64,000 nt of DNA, from the NCBI GenBank assembly GCA_049974845.1, contig JBNGCP010000003.1:20643-84642 (forward strand). Direction: 5' to 3'. The position numbers were made by a program, and so were the translations under genes. Origin of the DNA: Anaerolineae bacterium. Lineage in GTDB: Bacteria; Chloroflexota; Anaerolineae; B4-G1; SLSP01. Positions 19,184 through 28,772 of this stretch are shown here, piece by piece. Numbering within the stretch: position 1 is the stretch's first letter; each line of letters begins with the position of its first letter. The notes under the pieces were generated by a model. It had not been told where the DNA came from. It saw nothing but the letters and a program-made list of their open reading frames with translations, and searched no databases.

Positions 19184-22075
19184 CTAGGGCATCTTCATCC
19201 CGACCGGAAGGTAGAGCCGGTAGGCGGGTGAAGTTGGCGTCAGCAGAGACGTGGTCGTGAACGCAGAGACCGGCGATGGCGCACTAGAGCCGCAGGGATT
19301 CGCGGCACTGACACGCCAATAGTAAGTGGCATCGACTTTCAACGGCTGGGTCAGGGTGTGGCTGGTGGCCTGCGTTGTCTCCGAGACGACCGACGTCCCG
19401 AACTCTGGATCCGCCGCCAACTCGAAGTGGTAGCTTGCCGCCTCAGGCACCGCTCCCCAGGTCAGCGTCGGGCGAAGGGGCACATCTGCAGCGCCGTCCT
19501 CCGGCGCGACCAAGGTTGGGCTGCCCGGCGAGCCAGCAAAGAGGTCGAGGCCGACGGATGCAGTCTTAGTGTACGTCGAAGTGGTTCCCGTAACGCTGAA
19601 GAGGTAGCTCCCCGCCGTCGCGTTCTGCGTCTGCGCAACCGTCAGGTAGCTCGTCCCGCCGGCCATCATCGTGTTGGGAGCAAATTCGGCGATCGTCCCA
19701 CTTGGGTGATCAGTGGTGGTCAGTGTGATGGTCTGACTGAAGCCGGAGACCGCCCCTATCGTGACGGTATAGGCGGCAGGGTCGGGCTGGCAGATCCCCT
19801 GAGTGGCGGGGCTCACCGCCAGATCAAATGGCTCGCGCACACAGTTATAGCAGACCAATGCGAAGTCCTGGTCGGTTGGATCAGCGTCATCGGGCACGCC
19901 GTTGCCTGCTAGGTTGCTGGCAGTAACGGTGATCGTGAAGCTGCCCTGTACCCCGGCGGGAAGGAATACGCTCTCGACGTTGTTGCGCGGGTCGGCATCC
20001 CCTCCGATGATCGATGTGGATCCTGAGAAGACGTTGCCGCGATAGGTCCGTCCTTCTGCCTCCACGAGCAGATCGAGGTTGTTGACGTACGCGTCTCCTA
20101 TCGTCGCGCCGGGAGGATCGGTCCACGCCAGGGTCACCCGGAAGGGAGCGGTGGTCTCTGTAATCCAGCCCTGCAGCACATAGACGTCGTTGGTCGCATG
20201 CAGCACCACCGTCTGGTCCGTAAGGAGGCGCGGCACGGCGTCGAAGGCCCGCTCCAGGTCGACAAGGCCATAGCCCTGGCGGTTCGAGGGTAATGTGTCC
20301 CCGCTGCCTGCTCCGTCCAGATAGCGCGCCGCATTGACCAGATAGGCCTTGACCATCGCGGGGCTTGGCGGTGCGTCATCCAGGCGTATCTCGTAGAATC
20401 GATGGAGCAGAGAGGCCGCGCCCGCGATGGCCGGCGCTGCGTGGCTCGTCCCGGAGGACGCCGCATAGAGCGTCTGGTCCGGTGGATAGTACGGATCGCA
20501 GATACAGGCGCCGGAATAGGTGCTCGTCTGTGTGGCGGCGCCTAGGATATGGGTGCCGGGTGCGACGAGCTCCGGTTTCGTGCGCCCATCCGCCGTCGGG
20601 CCCCGGCTCGAGAAGCCGACGATATCGTTGACGTTGTCGGCTCCACCGGGGCCGATGCCGCAGCCGTCGGTCCACTTCACACCCTCGGCTCCGGTGGGAC
20701 GATAGCTTTCCGACGCTCCCACGGTGATGACGTTCTTCGCGTTGCCGGGCGAGGCGATCGTGCTCGCGCCCTGCATACCGGCATTGCCGGCAGCGAAGAT
20801 GATCGTGATGGGTTGCTCGCCGGGAGTGGTCCCATCGGCATCTCGAACCAGCGCGTCGTAGATCTGGTCATCGGCCAAATACTCGCCATAGCTCTCGTCG
20901 TCGCCCCAGGAGTTGGAGATAATGCGCGCGCCAAGGGTATACGAGTTGGCCACCAGCTCGTCGTAGTTGGGGAAAGCCCACCCACTCTTGTTACCGAAGA
21001 CCTTCGAGCCTGCGAGAGGCCCGAAGGGGTTGAGGCCGAGGCCGTAGTTGTAGCCTGCCGCGTCCTCAAAAGGAAAGCCTGTCCGCGCATTGTAGCCGCC
21101 TACGATGGACGCATTCAGGTTGCCATGCCCGCCACTACCATCGGCGACGGGGTCGCCGGTCCAGTTCTCGTTGTAGATAAGCCGGTCGGAACGCGTGGTC
21201 TGGCCTAGCTCGTAGAAGTCCGGATGCTGTGGCACGGCGTCGCCATCATCGATGCCGTCGTCGGTGATGTCGACGATGGGATAGGCCGATGTGGTGGTCG
21301 TGAACCCCACCGTCGCCGTAAGCCAATGGAGATAGCCGGGACCCGAGGGCATCGTGCCGTCCACGGTCAGCTGCCCGGCAAGAATCTGGCCCTGCACCTC
21401 GTCAAACCTTCGCGGCTGCAGCAGCGGCTCGATATTGACCACACCGGGAAGCGTCGCGAGAGATCCCAGCTTGTCAGAGAGGACCTCAAGACTGAGCCTC
21501 ACGAGGCCGCGAGCGCTGACGGGAGGACGGATCTCTCGGATCGCGCGCTCCTGTAGCAGTCCGATGGTGCTCACAGTCTCAGGGGCCTCAAGGACTTGGA
21601 CCGTGACCCGTACTGGCGTGCTCTCAGTCAGATGCTGCAAGCTCGGGTGCAACACATACCTCGATCCGTAGAGAGCCATCCATCGCACCGGTGCGATGTG
21701 GCGCAGACCCTGTACGGCATTTCCAGGCCCCCAAACTAGGTAGGCGTAGTCCGGTATGTAGAAGACCACCCGCAAGCCTTGGTCGAGCATCGCATCATAC
21801 CACGCGTCCTGAATGGGTCCTGGGAATTGCACCAACCAGAGAGCTAGCTTGGAGGACGAGACCTGGTGGGAGGATCCTGGGAGACTCAGAGGGTCGAAGG
21901 TGCCCCCTCGCAACCTGAGGACGGGGCCTTCTGAGGTTGTCAAAAAGACCGCCGGCGTTGGCTCCGCCCTCGCGGTGACCGCCGCTGCGGTGAAGCGCGA
22001 CAGCGCTATGACCGCGAGGATCAGCAGGACTCCCGCAATCCCCAACCAGACACCGGCGCGCCTCCGGAATCTCAT
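19184..22075 (-). CDS. secreted S8 (subtilisin-family) serine peptidase with C-terminal Fn3-like domain
   Basis: N-terminal hydrophobic anchor/signal. GTSHAAP active-site serine block, Asp/His blocks, and a C-terminal YYWRVSAANPCG Fn3-like motif. Confidence 0.85.
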   Translation of the reverse strand: MRFRRRAGVWLGIAGVLLILAVIALSRFTAAAVTARAEPTPAVFLTTSEGPVLRLRGGTFDPLSLPGSSHQVSSSKLALWLVQFPGPIQDAWYDAMLDQGLRVVFYIPDYAYLVWGPGNAVQGLRHIAPVRWMALYGSRYVLHPSLQHLTESTPVRVTVQVLEAPETVSTIGLLQERAIREIRPPVSARGLVRLSLEVLSDKLGSLATLPGVVNIEPLLQPRRFDEVQGQILAGQLTVDGTMPSGPGYLHWLTATVGFTTTTSAYPIVDITDDGIDDGDAVPQHPDFYELGQTTRSDRLIYNENWTGDPVADGSGGHGNLNASIVGGYNARTGFPFEDAAGYNYGLGLNPFGPLAGSKVFGNKSGWAFPNYDELVANSYTLGARIISNSWGDDESYGEYLADDQIYDALVRDADGTTPGEQPITIIFAAGNAGMQGASTIASPGNAKNVITVGASESYRPTGAEGVKWTDGCGIGPGGADNVNDIVGFSSRGPTADGRTKPELVAPGTHILGAATQTSTYSGACICDPYYPPDQTLYAASSGTSHAAPAIAGAASLLHRFYEIRLDDAPPSPAMVKAYLVNAARYLDGAGSGDTLPSNRQGYGLVDLERAFDAVPRLLTDQTVVLHATNDVYVLQGWITETTAPFRVTLAWTDPPGATIGDAYVNNLDLLVEAEGRTYRGNVFSGSTSIIGGDADPRNNVESVFLPAGVQGSFTITVTASNLAGNGVPDDADPTDQDFALVCYNCVREPFDLAVSPATQGICQPDPAAYTVTIGAVSGFSQTITLTTTDHPSGTIAEFAPNTMMAGGTSYLTVAQTQNATAGSYLFSVTGTTSTYTKTASVGLDLFAGSPGSPTLVAPEDGAADVPLRPTLTWGAVPEAASYHFELAADPEFGTSVVSETTQATSHTLTQPLKVDATYYWRVSAANPCGSSAPSPVSAFTTTSLLTPTSPAYRLYLPVGMKMP

Positions 22076-22182
22076 TCTTCAACTCCTCTGGTTCTGAGCT
22101 TTCCTTCATTGTAATCGGAACTGGCCCCAAGTCGATGCTCGGGGCCAGTCCTGTTCTGTGCAAGGCGTGCCTGCGGCAAGCC

Positions 22183-22614
22183 TCAGGCGTTCCTCAGCTC
22201 AGCCTCAAGCGTCATATCCACCGCCGACAGGGCCTTTGAGACAGGGCAGCCGTCCTTAGCGGCCTCCGCGTGCTTCTCAAACGTCTCCTCATCGATCCCC
22301 GGAACGACGGCAACGGTCGTAAGATCGATGCGCGTAATCACGAACCCTCCGTCGGTCTTCTCCAGACGCACGGCGGCCTCCGTCGATATCCGCTTCGGTG
22401 TGTAGCCCGCCTCGGCCAGCGCCCCGCTCAGGGCCATCGAGAAGCATCCGGCGTGGGCGGCAGCGATGAGCTCGTCGGGGTTCGTCCCCGGCTCATCCCC
22501 GAACCGCGTGCCAAACGAGTAGGCGCCTTGGAAGGCTCCGCTACCCAGGGCCATCGAACCCTTTCCGCCCTTGAGATCTCCTTCCCATACTGCTGATGAT
22601 CTTCTGGTAATCAT
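22183..22614 (-). CDS. OsmC/Ohr-family peroxiredoxin
   Basis: AAHAGCFSMAL...DGCPVSKAL, the two conserved Cys of the OsmC family. Confidence 0.85.
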   Translation of the reverse strand: MITRRSSAVWEGDLKGGKGSMALGSGAFQGAYSFGTRFGDEPGTNPDELIAAAHAGCFSMALSGALAEAGYTPKRISTEAAVRLEKTDGGFVITRIDLTTVAVVPGIDEETFEKHAEAAKDGCPVSKALSAVDMTLEAELRNA

Positions 22615-22718
22615 GGTCCCTCCTCTTTTTGACCATAGAAATCTACTTTTTATTCTAAATGTCGCGTGGAAGATGTCAAGGAAGGCGTGTGCCCTGTAGG
22701 GCGATCGCGCCGTCGTGC

Positions 22719-23507
22719 TTAGGGGGCTGTGCGGTCCTGCGCCGTAGGCAGGCGGACGCAGAAGGTGCTGCCCCTGCCCTGTTGGCTGTCGAAGGTCAGC
22801 GTCCCGTGGTGCATCTCGACGAGGCGCTTTGAGAGATGAAGGGAGAGGCCATTACCGGGTCTCTCCCGGGTGGCTTCGTCGGAGGCGCGAAAGAAGGGCT
22901 CGAAGATACGGTCCTGTTCGTCGGAGGGAATGCCGATTCCCGTGTCGCTGACAGTGATCAGTATGTGTCCCGACTGATCGGGATCGGGACGAGCACGTAC
23001 CGTGATCCTGCCCCTGGGCTGCGTGTACTGAATCGCATTGTGGAGTAGGGCGCGCATGATCCGTACGAGCCGCTGTTTGTCTCCCCAGGCAGGCGGCAGC
23101 TCCTCGAGCACGGAGAGCTCAAATTCATGCGATTTCTCCGCGAGCTCGGCCTCGAGAGGGGCTAACGCCTCGCGGAGGATCTCTTTGACGGCGACCGGTT
23201 CACAAGAGAGGTGGAGGCGGCCTCCGTCGAGCTTGTTGAGTTCGGAGAGATCGTCTACCATCTTGGACATTCGCTCCACGTTAGCGCGAATGGTCTCGAG
23301 GAGCCCGACCTGGGCCGCGTTGAGCGGCCCCGTGATCTCCTTGAGCAGGAGATCCGCATAGCCTTTGATGGACGTCATCGGAATGCGAAGCTCATGGACG
23401 ATCAGCGAGACGAAAGCTTGATGGTTGGCCCGCTCGGCCTGCAGTGCTGCTTGCGCTTCCTCTAGCGCCGCTTGTAGTTCCTGGACGTGGTCCTGCGATT
23501 CGCGCAT
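22719..23507 (-). CDS. cytoplasmic sensor histidine kinase (HisKA + HATPase_c)
   Basis: H-box VHELRIPMTSIKGY, N-box LLHNAIQYT, G-boxes DTGIGIP and GNGLSL. Confidence 0.85.
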   Translation of the reverse strand: MRESQDHVQELQAALEEAQAALQAERANHQAFVSLIVHELRIPMTSIKGYADLLLKEITGPLNAAQVGLLETIRANVERMSKMVDDLSELNKLDGGRLHLSCEPVAVKEILREALAPLEAELAEKSHEFELSVLEELPPAWGDKQRLVRIMRALLHNAIQYTQPRGRITVRARPDPDQSGHILITVSDTGIGIPSDEQDRIFEPFFRASDEATRERPGNGLSLHLSKRLVEMHHGTLTFDSQQGRGSTFCVRLPTAQDRTAP

Positions 23508-23627
23508 GGGCTATCTCCGTTCGCTTTTCCCAATCCACCCTCAGAGTATACCATAGGAGTTGCGCTTACCGCCGCTTAAGCTATGATGCTTGAGTGTCGA
23601 CATCATAATCCAGAAGGGGACGGTGCC

Positions 23628-24458
23628 ATGATGGTGAATCCAGAGGCTAAGGTGGTTCTGATCACAGGTGGTCGAACGGGCATCGGACGCGCCTGTGCCG
23701 AGGCGCTGTGCGAAGCGGGCCATCGCGTCTACGGCACCAGCCGCGATCCATCGAAGGTCAATACACGAGACCTAGGCTATGCGCTGCTGCGGATGAATGT
23801 CGATGATGATGCCTCCGTCGACGCGACTGTCACGACGATCCTCGAGGAAGCGGGGCGCCTCGATGTGGTGGTCAACAACAGCGCCTTCGGATACGGGGGT
23901 GCTGTGGAGGACACGTCGATTGAGGAGGCTAAAGCGCTCTTTGAGACGAATTTCTTCGGCGTGCTGCGGGTCTGCCGCACCGTTCTGCCGACGATGCGAG
24001 CTCAGCGGCGTGGGTTGATCGTCAATATCAGCTCGATCGGGGGCTTAATGGGCCTGCCCTATCAGGGTCTCTACGCAGCGAGCAAGTTTGCGGTGGAAGG
24101 GCTGACCGAGTCGTTGCGCATGGAAGTGAAACCCTATGGCATTGATGTCGTCCTGGTGGAACCTGGCGACATCTGTACGCCCTTCACCGCCAACCGTCGC
24201 CATACGGAGGCATCGCAGACGGAGTCCGCCTACCGGGAGCAATACATCAAGACGCTGGCTAAGATCGAGCGCGACGAGCAGGGGGGCGCCTCGCCCGAGG
24301 TGGTGGGGCGGGCGCTGCTGCGGATCGTTGAAAGCCGTCGTCCCCGTCCTCGTTATGTGGTCGGTCCCTTCTATGAGAAGGTCGCCGTGTGGGCCAAACG
24401 CCTGTTGCCTGGACGTTGGTTCGAGCGCATCCTGATGTGGAACTACGGGATCGAGTGA
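23628..24458 (+). CDS. short-chain dehydrogenase/reductase (SDR)
   Basis: TGGRTGIGRA Rossmann motif and S...YAASK catalytic motif. Start taken at the ATG after GAAGGGGACGG. Confidence 0.85.
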   Translation: MMVNPEAKVVLITGGRTGIGRACAEALCEAGHRVYGTSRDPSKVNTRDLGYALLRMNVDDDASVDATVTTILEEAGRLDVVVNNSAFGYGGAVEDTSIEEAKALFETNFFGVLRVCRTVLPTMRAQRRGLIVNISSIGGLMGLPYQGLYAASKFAVEGLTESLRMEVKPYGIDVVLVEPGDICTPFTANRRHTEASQTESAYREQYIKTLAKIERDEQGGASPEVVGRALLRIVESRRPRPRYVVGPFYEKVAVWAKRLLPGRWFERILMWNYGIE

Positions 24459-24536
24459 GTTCTAGCCGGGACGAGCGCGCTTCCTGCATGACATCGTCAG
24501 CCGGATTTCGTATGTTCAGGGATTCGGCCGAGTTGT

Positions 24537-24590
24537 GTCTTTGACCCAGGTCAGGTCTTTGACCAAGGTCAGGTCTTTGACCCAGGGATA
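24537..24590. repeat. 3 tandem 18-bp near-palindromic direct repeats (GTCTTTGACCnAGGTCAG)
   Basis: Units at 24537, 24555 and 24573. Each contains TGACC-N2-GGTCA. They sit 40 nt upstream of a membrane-protein gene. Confidence 0.8.
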
Positions 24591-24629
24591 TCCTCGACTA
24601 TCATTGGGATGACACCTTAGGCCCGGGCT

Positions 24630-25064
24630 ATGGAGGCGATGTCTATGGTCATTGAGTTCCTCTCCATCGTGATCTTCACCTTTGCAACTGCGCTCCTGGG
24701 TCTCGGTCTGCTGACCTGGCTCATCGAACGCGGTCGCCGGCGGACGCTCGGGATCCTGATGATGGTGGTGGCTTTTCTGATCGCCGCAGTCTATGCCTTC
24801 CTGGGAAGTCGATTCTCAATCGCGGTCTTCGGCCGTTTGATTGTGACGATCGACCTCCCGCGGCTTATGGTCACGGCGCTGACCTACACCATTGGGGTGC
24901 TTCTGGGATTTGGCTTGGCCGGTGGGCTCTTTCTCTGGATCTCCGGTCGTTTGATCAAGCCCACGCGCTTTGAGCTGAAGCTGGGTCTCTTCATTGCTGT
25001 CGTTCTCCTGATCGCGCTGATCATCAGCATCGTGGCGGTGCAGATCAGCCACGGCGGTGTCTGA
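24630..25064 (+). CDS. hypothetical integral membrane protein (about 4 TM)
   Basis: Strongly hydrophobic 144-aa ORF. Confidence 0.55.
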   Translation: MEAMSMVIEFLSIVIFTFATALLGLGLLTWLIERGRRRTLGILMMVVAFLIAAVYAFLGSRFSIAVFGRLIVTIDLPRLMVTALTYTIGVLLGFGLAGGLFLWISGRLIKPTRFELKLGLFIAVVLLIALIISIVAVQISHGGV

Positions 25065-25146
25065 GGGCGCGGGGCGAATCGAACAGCCAGCGTCCGAGGC
25101 CTGCCACGCGACAGGCGCGAGCGGCGGCGTTGTTGGCGAGGGATGA

Positions 25147-26142
25147 ACGGAGGCAGGCGATCTGGAATACAAGACCCAGGTCTTCGTCTACTCAGAAGGC
25201 GACTACTACCGCACCCGCCTGACCCATACCCTGGAGGTAGCGCAGATCGGGCGCTCTTTGGCGACAGCCTTGGGGGCGAATGAAGTGCTCGTCGAGGCAA
25301 TCTGTCTGGCACACGATCTCGGACATCCTACCTTTGGGCACGCGGGGGAGTACATGCTGAATCAGCTCATGGAGGAGCATGGGGGCTTCGACCACAACAA
25401 ACAATCCCTGCGCATCGTGGAGAAGCTGGAGAAGCGCTATCCAGAGTTCGATGGCCTGAACCTTTCGTGGGAGGTTCTAGAGGGCATCGTCAAGCACGAG
25501 ACCGACTACGATATCGCGGATGCCTCCCGGTTTGCGCCCCACCTGCGGGGGACGCTGGAGGCTCAGGTGGCGAATCCTGCCGATGAGCTCGCCTACAGCG
25601 CCCACGATCTCGATGATGGTCTCTACTCGGGGTTGATCCAACCGGAGGATCTGGCGGGGATCGATCTATGGGAGCAGGTGAGGGAGAGCGTAGGATGGGG
25701 CGGTGGGGAGTACACACAGATGTGGCGCCACCGCATCGTGCGCCGCCTCCTGGGTATCCTGATCCATGATGTCATCGCCGAGACAGCCCGGCGCATCGAC
25801 GCCGTGGCCCCTGATTCGGCAGATGCCGTACGTGCTGCTCAGGAGAACCTCGTGGCCCTATCCCCTGCGATGGCTGCCAAGCTGGGCGAGCTTAAGCGCT
25901 TCCTGCTCGATCGTCTCTACCGTCACCCCCGGGTGATACGCATGCAGATAAAGGCGGAGCGGATCATCACCGCCCTCTTTGAGGCGTACGTTGCAGAGCC
26001 CCGTCAACTGCCGTATGAGGTGCAAGCCAAGCTTGAGTATCGCTCTCTCCACCGGACGGTCTGCGACTACATTGCTGGGATGACGGACCGCTACGCGTTA
26101 CAGGAGTACGCCAAGCTTTTCGATCCGCTGGAGAGGGCCTAG
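25147..26142 (+). pseudogene. dGTP triphosphohydrolase-like HD-domain protein, apparently 5'-truncated
   Basis: The frame opens at 25147 directly as ...LEYKTQVFVYSEGDYYRTRLTHTLEVAQIGRSLA...HDLGHPTFGHAGE, a dGTPase-like core (recalled from E. coli Dgt). The roughly 50 N-terminal residues normally preceding the (R)L(E/Q)xKTQVF block are absent. There is no ATG or GTG before a TTG at 25258. Confidence 0.5.
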
Positions 26143-26206
26143 CGCTCTTGGATGCAGCTTAGGCGCAACGCGCTGTGATGGCGGAAGAACTGGGAGCGGG
26201 GTGGTG

Positions 26207-26692
26207 TTACGGAATGCAGAGCGTCTGCCCCGCGCGAATGTAGTTGAGATTGTAGATGCAGTTGCATTGCGCGATCGAATGCATGTCCACCCCGTAGTAG
26301 ATGGAGATCCAGCTTAGGGTCTGGCCCCACGTTACGATGTGAGTCCACGTGCAGGTGCAGCCGCCGCAGGTAGGCGGAGCGGGCTCATCTGGCGCGTCCC
26401 CGAACTGCGGTGTGCACACAGGGCCCGCGGGCAGCGTCTTTGGGACGTCGGGGATGCTCAAGACCATGCCCGGGCGGATGAGGTTGGGCTTCGCGATTGC
26501 ATTCTGCGTCGCGATAGCCCATGGATCGATGCCACCATAGGCGCGCCCGATGCAGAAGAGGGTCTCTCCCGGCTTCACAGTGTGTTCGCCAAGGATATCC
26601 CATCCACCCGCCGCGGCGGCAGCCGTCTGGACGGTTCCCAGCATCAATCCGAACACCATCAAGAGCAGACCGAACCGTAAGAGGGTTCTCAT
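26207..26692 (-). CDS. secreted protein with two LysM domains
   Basis: Signal peptide, then two LysM-like repeats (HTVKPGETLFCIGRAYG... and HIVTWGQTLSWISIYYG...). Confidence 0.8.
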   Translation of the reverse strand: MRTLLRFGLLLMVFGLMLGTVQTAAAAAGGWDILGEHTVKPGETLFCIGRAYGGIDPWAIATQNAIAKPNLIRPGMVLSIPDVPKTLPAGPVCTPQFGDAPDEPAPPTCGGCTCTWTHIVTWGQTLSWISIYYGVDMHSIAQCNCIYNLNYIRAGQTLCIP

Positions 26693-26856
26693 ACTTCATG
26701 GCTCCTTACGCGGAAGATAGCAACCTTCTATTCATTATAGGGGATTAGGCATGTTTCCACAAGGCCAGATGCATGTGGGCCCGTCTTCGTAACGGAACTG
26801 TAACATACGTAACGTACACGTAACACAAATGCGGCAATGGGACTGCTGACTAGGAA

Positions 26857-27072
26857 TCAGAGCGCATCGCCAATGAGGACCCCGAGCAGCCCGACGATCA
26901 CGCCGATGTGGAGCAGCAGATGGGTGTCGGCCAACCACGCGATAAGGGGCCAGGCGGGTAACAGCAGGATGATCAGGTTCAGAAGCACGAGGCCGGTGCC
27001 CACCAGCACAGGCAGCCCTTTGCGGTGGGCGAGGAACTCACTCGCCGCGCGCAAGAACTTTGTCACACGCAT
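26857..27072 (-). CDS. small hypothetical membrane protein (71 aa, 2 TM)
   Basis: Hydrophobic ORF with GGGGGA 8 nt upstream. Confidence 0.4.
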   Translation of the reverse strand: MRVTKFLRAASEFLAHRKGLPVLVGTGLVLLNLIILLLPAWPLIAWLADTHLLLHIGVIVGLLGVLIGDAL

Positions 27073-27377
27073 AGGATATCCCCCGACCGGCGCACGCAGC
27101 TCTCCCTTGCCAACCGGATGTCACTCTAACCCGAACCATACCACTCTGGCTGCGGATTGTAGCACGAGCTTTACACTCTGCAAAGCTACCCGCCCTGCCC
27201 CACGGATGAAACGCGCGCCATGCGGCAGCAGGAGGGATCGCCCCGTGCTGGCGCGCTGCGATGGCGCGACGTTGCGCCGGACGTTGCGTTTTTCAGAAAT
27301 CCGTAGTAAAATAGATGTGAATATGGTTTAATTCATGGGCAAGCATACGCAGGGCCAAATCGAGGAGGGAAATCGCT

Positions 27378-27836
27378 ATGGTGGACGTTGGTGAGAAAGC
27401 ACCCGATTTTGAGTTGGTGTCGGACGAAGGCGAGCGTGTTCAGCTCTCCGATTTCCGGGAGCAGCGCGTCGTGATCTACTTCTACCCTAAGGCAGACACG
27501 CCGGGCTGCACGAAGCAGGCTTGTGCGTTACGGGATGCGTATCCGGAGATTGAGGCCAATGACGCCGTCGTCATCGGCATCAGCCCGGACAAGCCAGAAG
27601 CGCTCCGCAAGTTCCGCGCTAAGTACGAGCTGCCCTTTATCTTGCTCTCCGACCCGACCCACGAGGTCGCCGAGGCCTACGGGGCTTGGGGCGAGAAGAA
27701 GATGTACGGCAAGACCTACGAGGGTATTATCCGGAGCCATTTCGTCGTCGATGAAGAGGGTCATGTGGCGGAGGCCGACCTTAACGTGAAGCCGCTTTCG
27801 ACGGCCGATGTGGCCCTAAAGATCGTGTCAGTCTGA
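27378..27836 (+). CDS. bcp: thiol peroxidase Bcp (peroxiredoxin Q)
   Basis: FYPKADTPGCTKQAC peroxidatic-Cys motif. GAGGAGGG RBS. Confidence 0.9.
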   Translation: MVDVGEKAPDFELVSDEGERVQLSDFREQRVVIYFYPKADTPGCTKQACALRDAYPEIEANDAVVIGISPDKPEALRKFRAKYELPFILLSDPTHEVAEAYGAWGEKKMYGKTYEGIIRSHFVVDEEGHVAEADLNVKPLSTADVALKIVSV

Positions 27837-27860
27837 CGGGCGTCTCTCGGCGTCTATGGA

Positions 27861-27892
27861 ACAGCCGCTTCCTTGTCCGCGGAAGCGGCTGT
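27861..27892. terminator. bidirectional hairpin between convergent bcp and the FHA gene
   Basis: Perfect 12-bp stem ACAGCCGCTTCC/GGAAGCGGCTGT with an 8-nt loop. Confidence 0.55.
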
Positions 27893-27914
27893 GTTGCGCA
27901 AGGCGGCGGGCCGG

Positions 27915-28640
27915 TCAGGCAGCCAAGAGATCCCCGATCAGCGCGATCAGCGTCCCCGTCGGCATCGGGATGTCGAAGAGGTCGAAGAGCCTCTCCCAGA
28001 AGCTGAGCGGCGCGAACCACAGATAGACGGCTGTCGCGATGCAGAGACAGATCAGGATCGCCAAGAGGCCGATCAGAATATAGAGCCATTTGGGCCGCTG
28101 CCGGGGCGGTGTGATCGACTCTGGACGCGCCTCGGCCGAGGGCTGATAGCTCGCTGGAGGAGGGGTGGGCGCGCTGGGCTCGTAGCTGACCTCTCTTTGA
28201 GGTGGCGGCTCGTAGGGTTCCGGATATCGAGGCTCTACCGGGATCTGCGGCGGAGTGTATGTTGGAGGCTCTTGCATCATCTGGGTCGCCCCTGGCGTCT
28301 CGTCGGGAGGCAACACCGTGGTGCGGTAGTCTTCCTCCACAATATACTCCAGCGTCATGTAGTCCGCCAGGCGGATCTCGTCGCCCGGTGAGAGGGGGCG
28401 GGATCCGGTCAAGCGTCGCTCATTCACCCAGGTGCCGTTTGTGCTTCCCATATCCTCGATCACGACGCCGGTGGGGAGCTTCCGGATCTGCGCGTGGTGG
28501 CGTGAGATCTTGGGGCTATCCAGCACGATGCTGTTGTCGGAAGACCGACCCAGTGTCACGATCATACCTTCCAACGTGTAGGTCTCGCCGACGCCGGGGC
28601 CCTCAATGACCAACAGCCCATGTTGCTTGTGACGCTCCAT
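27915..28640 (-). CDS. FHA-domain protein with Pro-rich linker and C-terminal TM anchor
   Basis: GR...D..I.D..ISRHHA...STNGT FHA signature. PPxY-rich linker. C-terminal hydrophobic segment. Confidence 0.85.
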   Translation of the reverse strand: MERHKQHGLLVIEGPGVGETYTLEGMIVTLGRSSDNSIVLDSPKISRHHAQIRKLPTGVVIEDMGSTNGTWVNERRLTGSRPLSPGDEIRLADYMTLEYIVEEDYRTTVLPPDETPGATQMMQEPPTYTPPQIPVEPRYPEPYEPPPQREVSYEPSAPTPPPASYQPSAEARPESITPPRQRPKWLYILIGLLAILICLCIATAVYLWFAPLSFWERLFDLFDIPMPTGTLIALIGDLLAA

Positions 28641-28772
28641 CGCGTCCTCCTGTGAGTTGCCTGAACTGCGCCTGAGTATACTCTTCTGTATTATCGATTG
28701 TCAAATCATCGGCGGCGCCTATACTCACGCCCGGGAAATGTCACCAAGATCTACCTGTGGCCTGGAGAAGCT

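Noticed and set aside
24537-24590. Possible CRISPR array (also 47922-48011 and 63320-63410)
   Set aside because: The repeat units are contiguous with no spacers and have few copies. Two arrays are coding (the SBP linker) or promoter-proximal. There are no cas genes.
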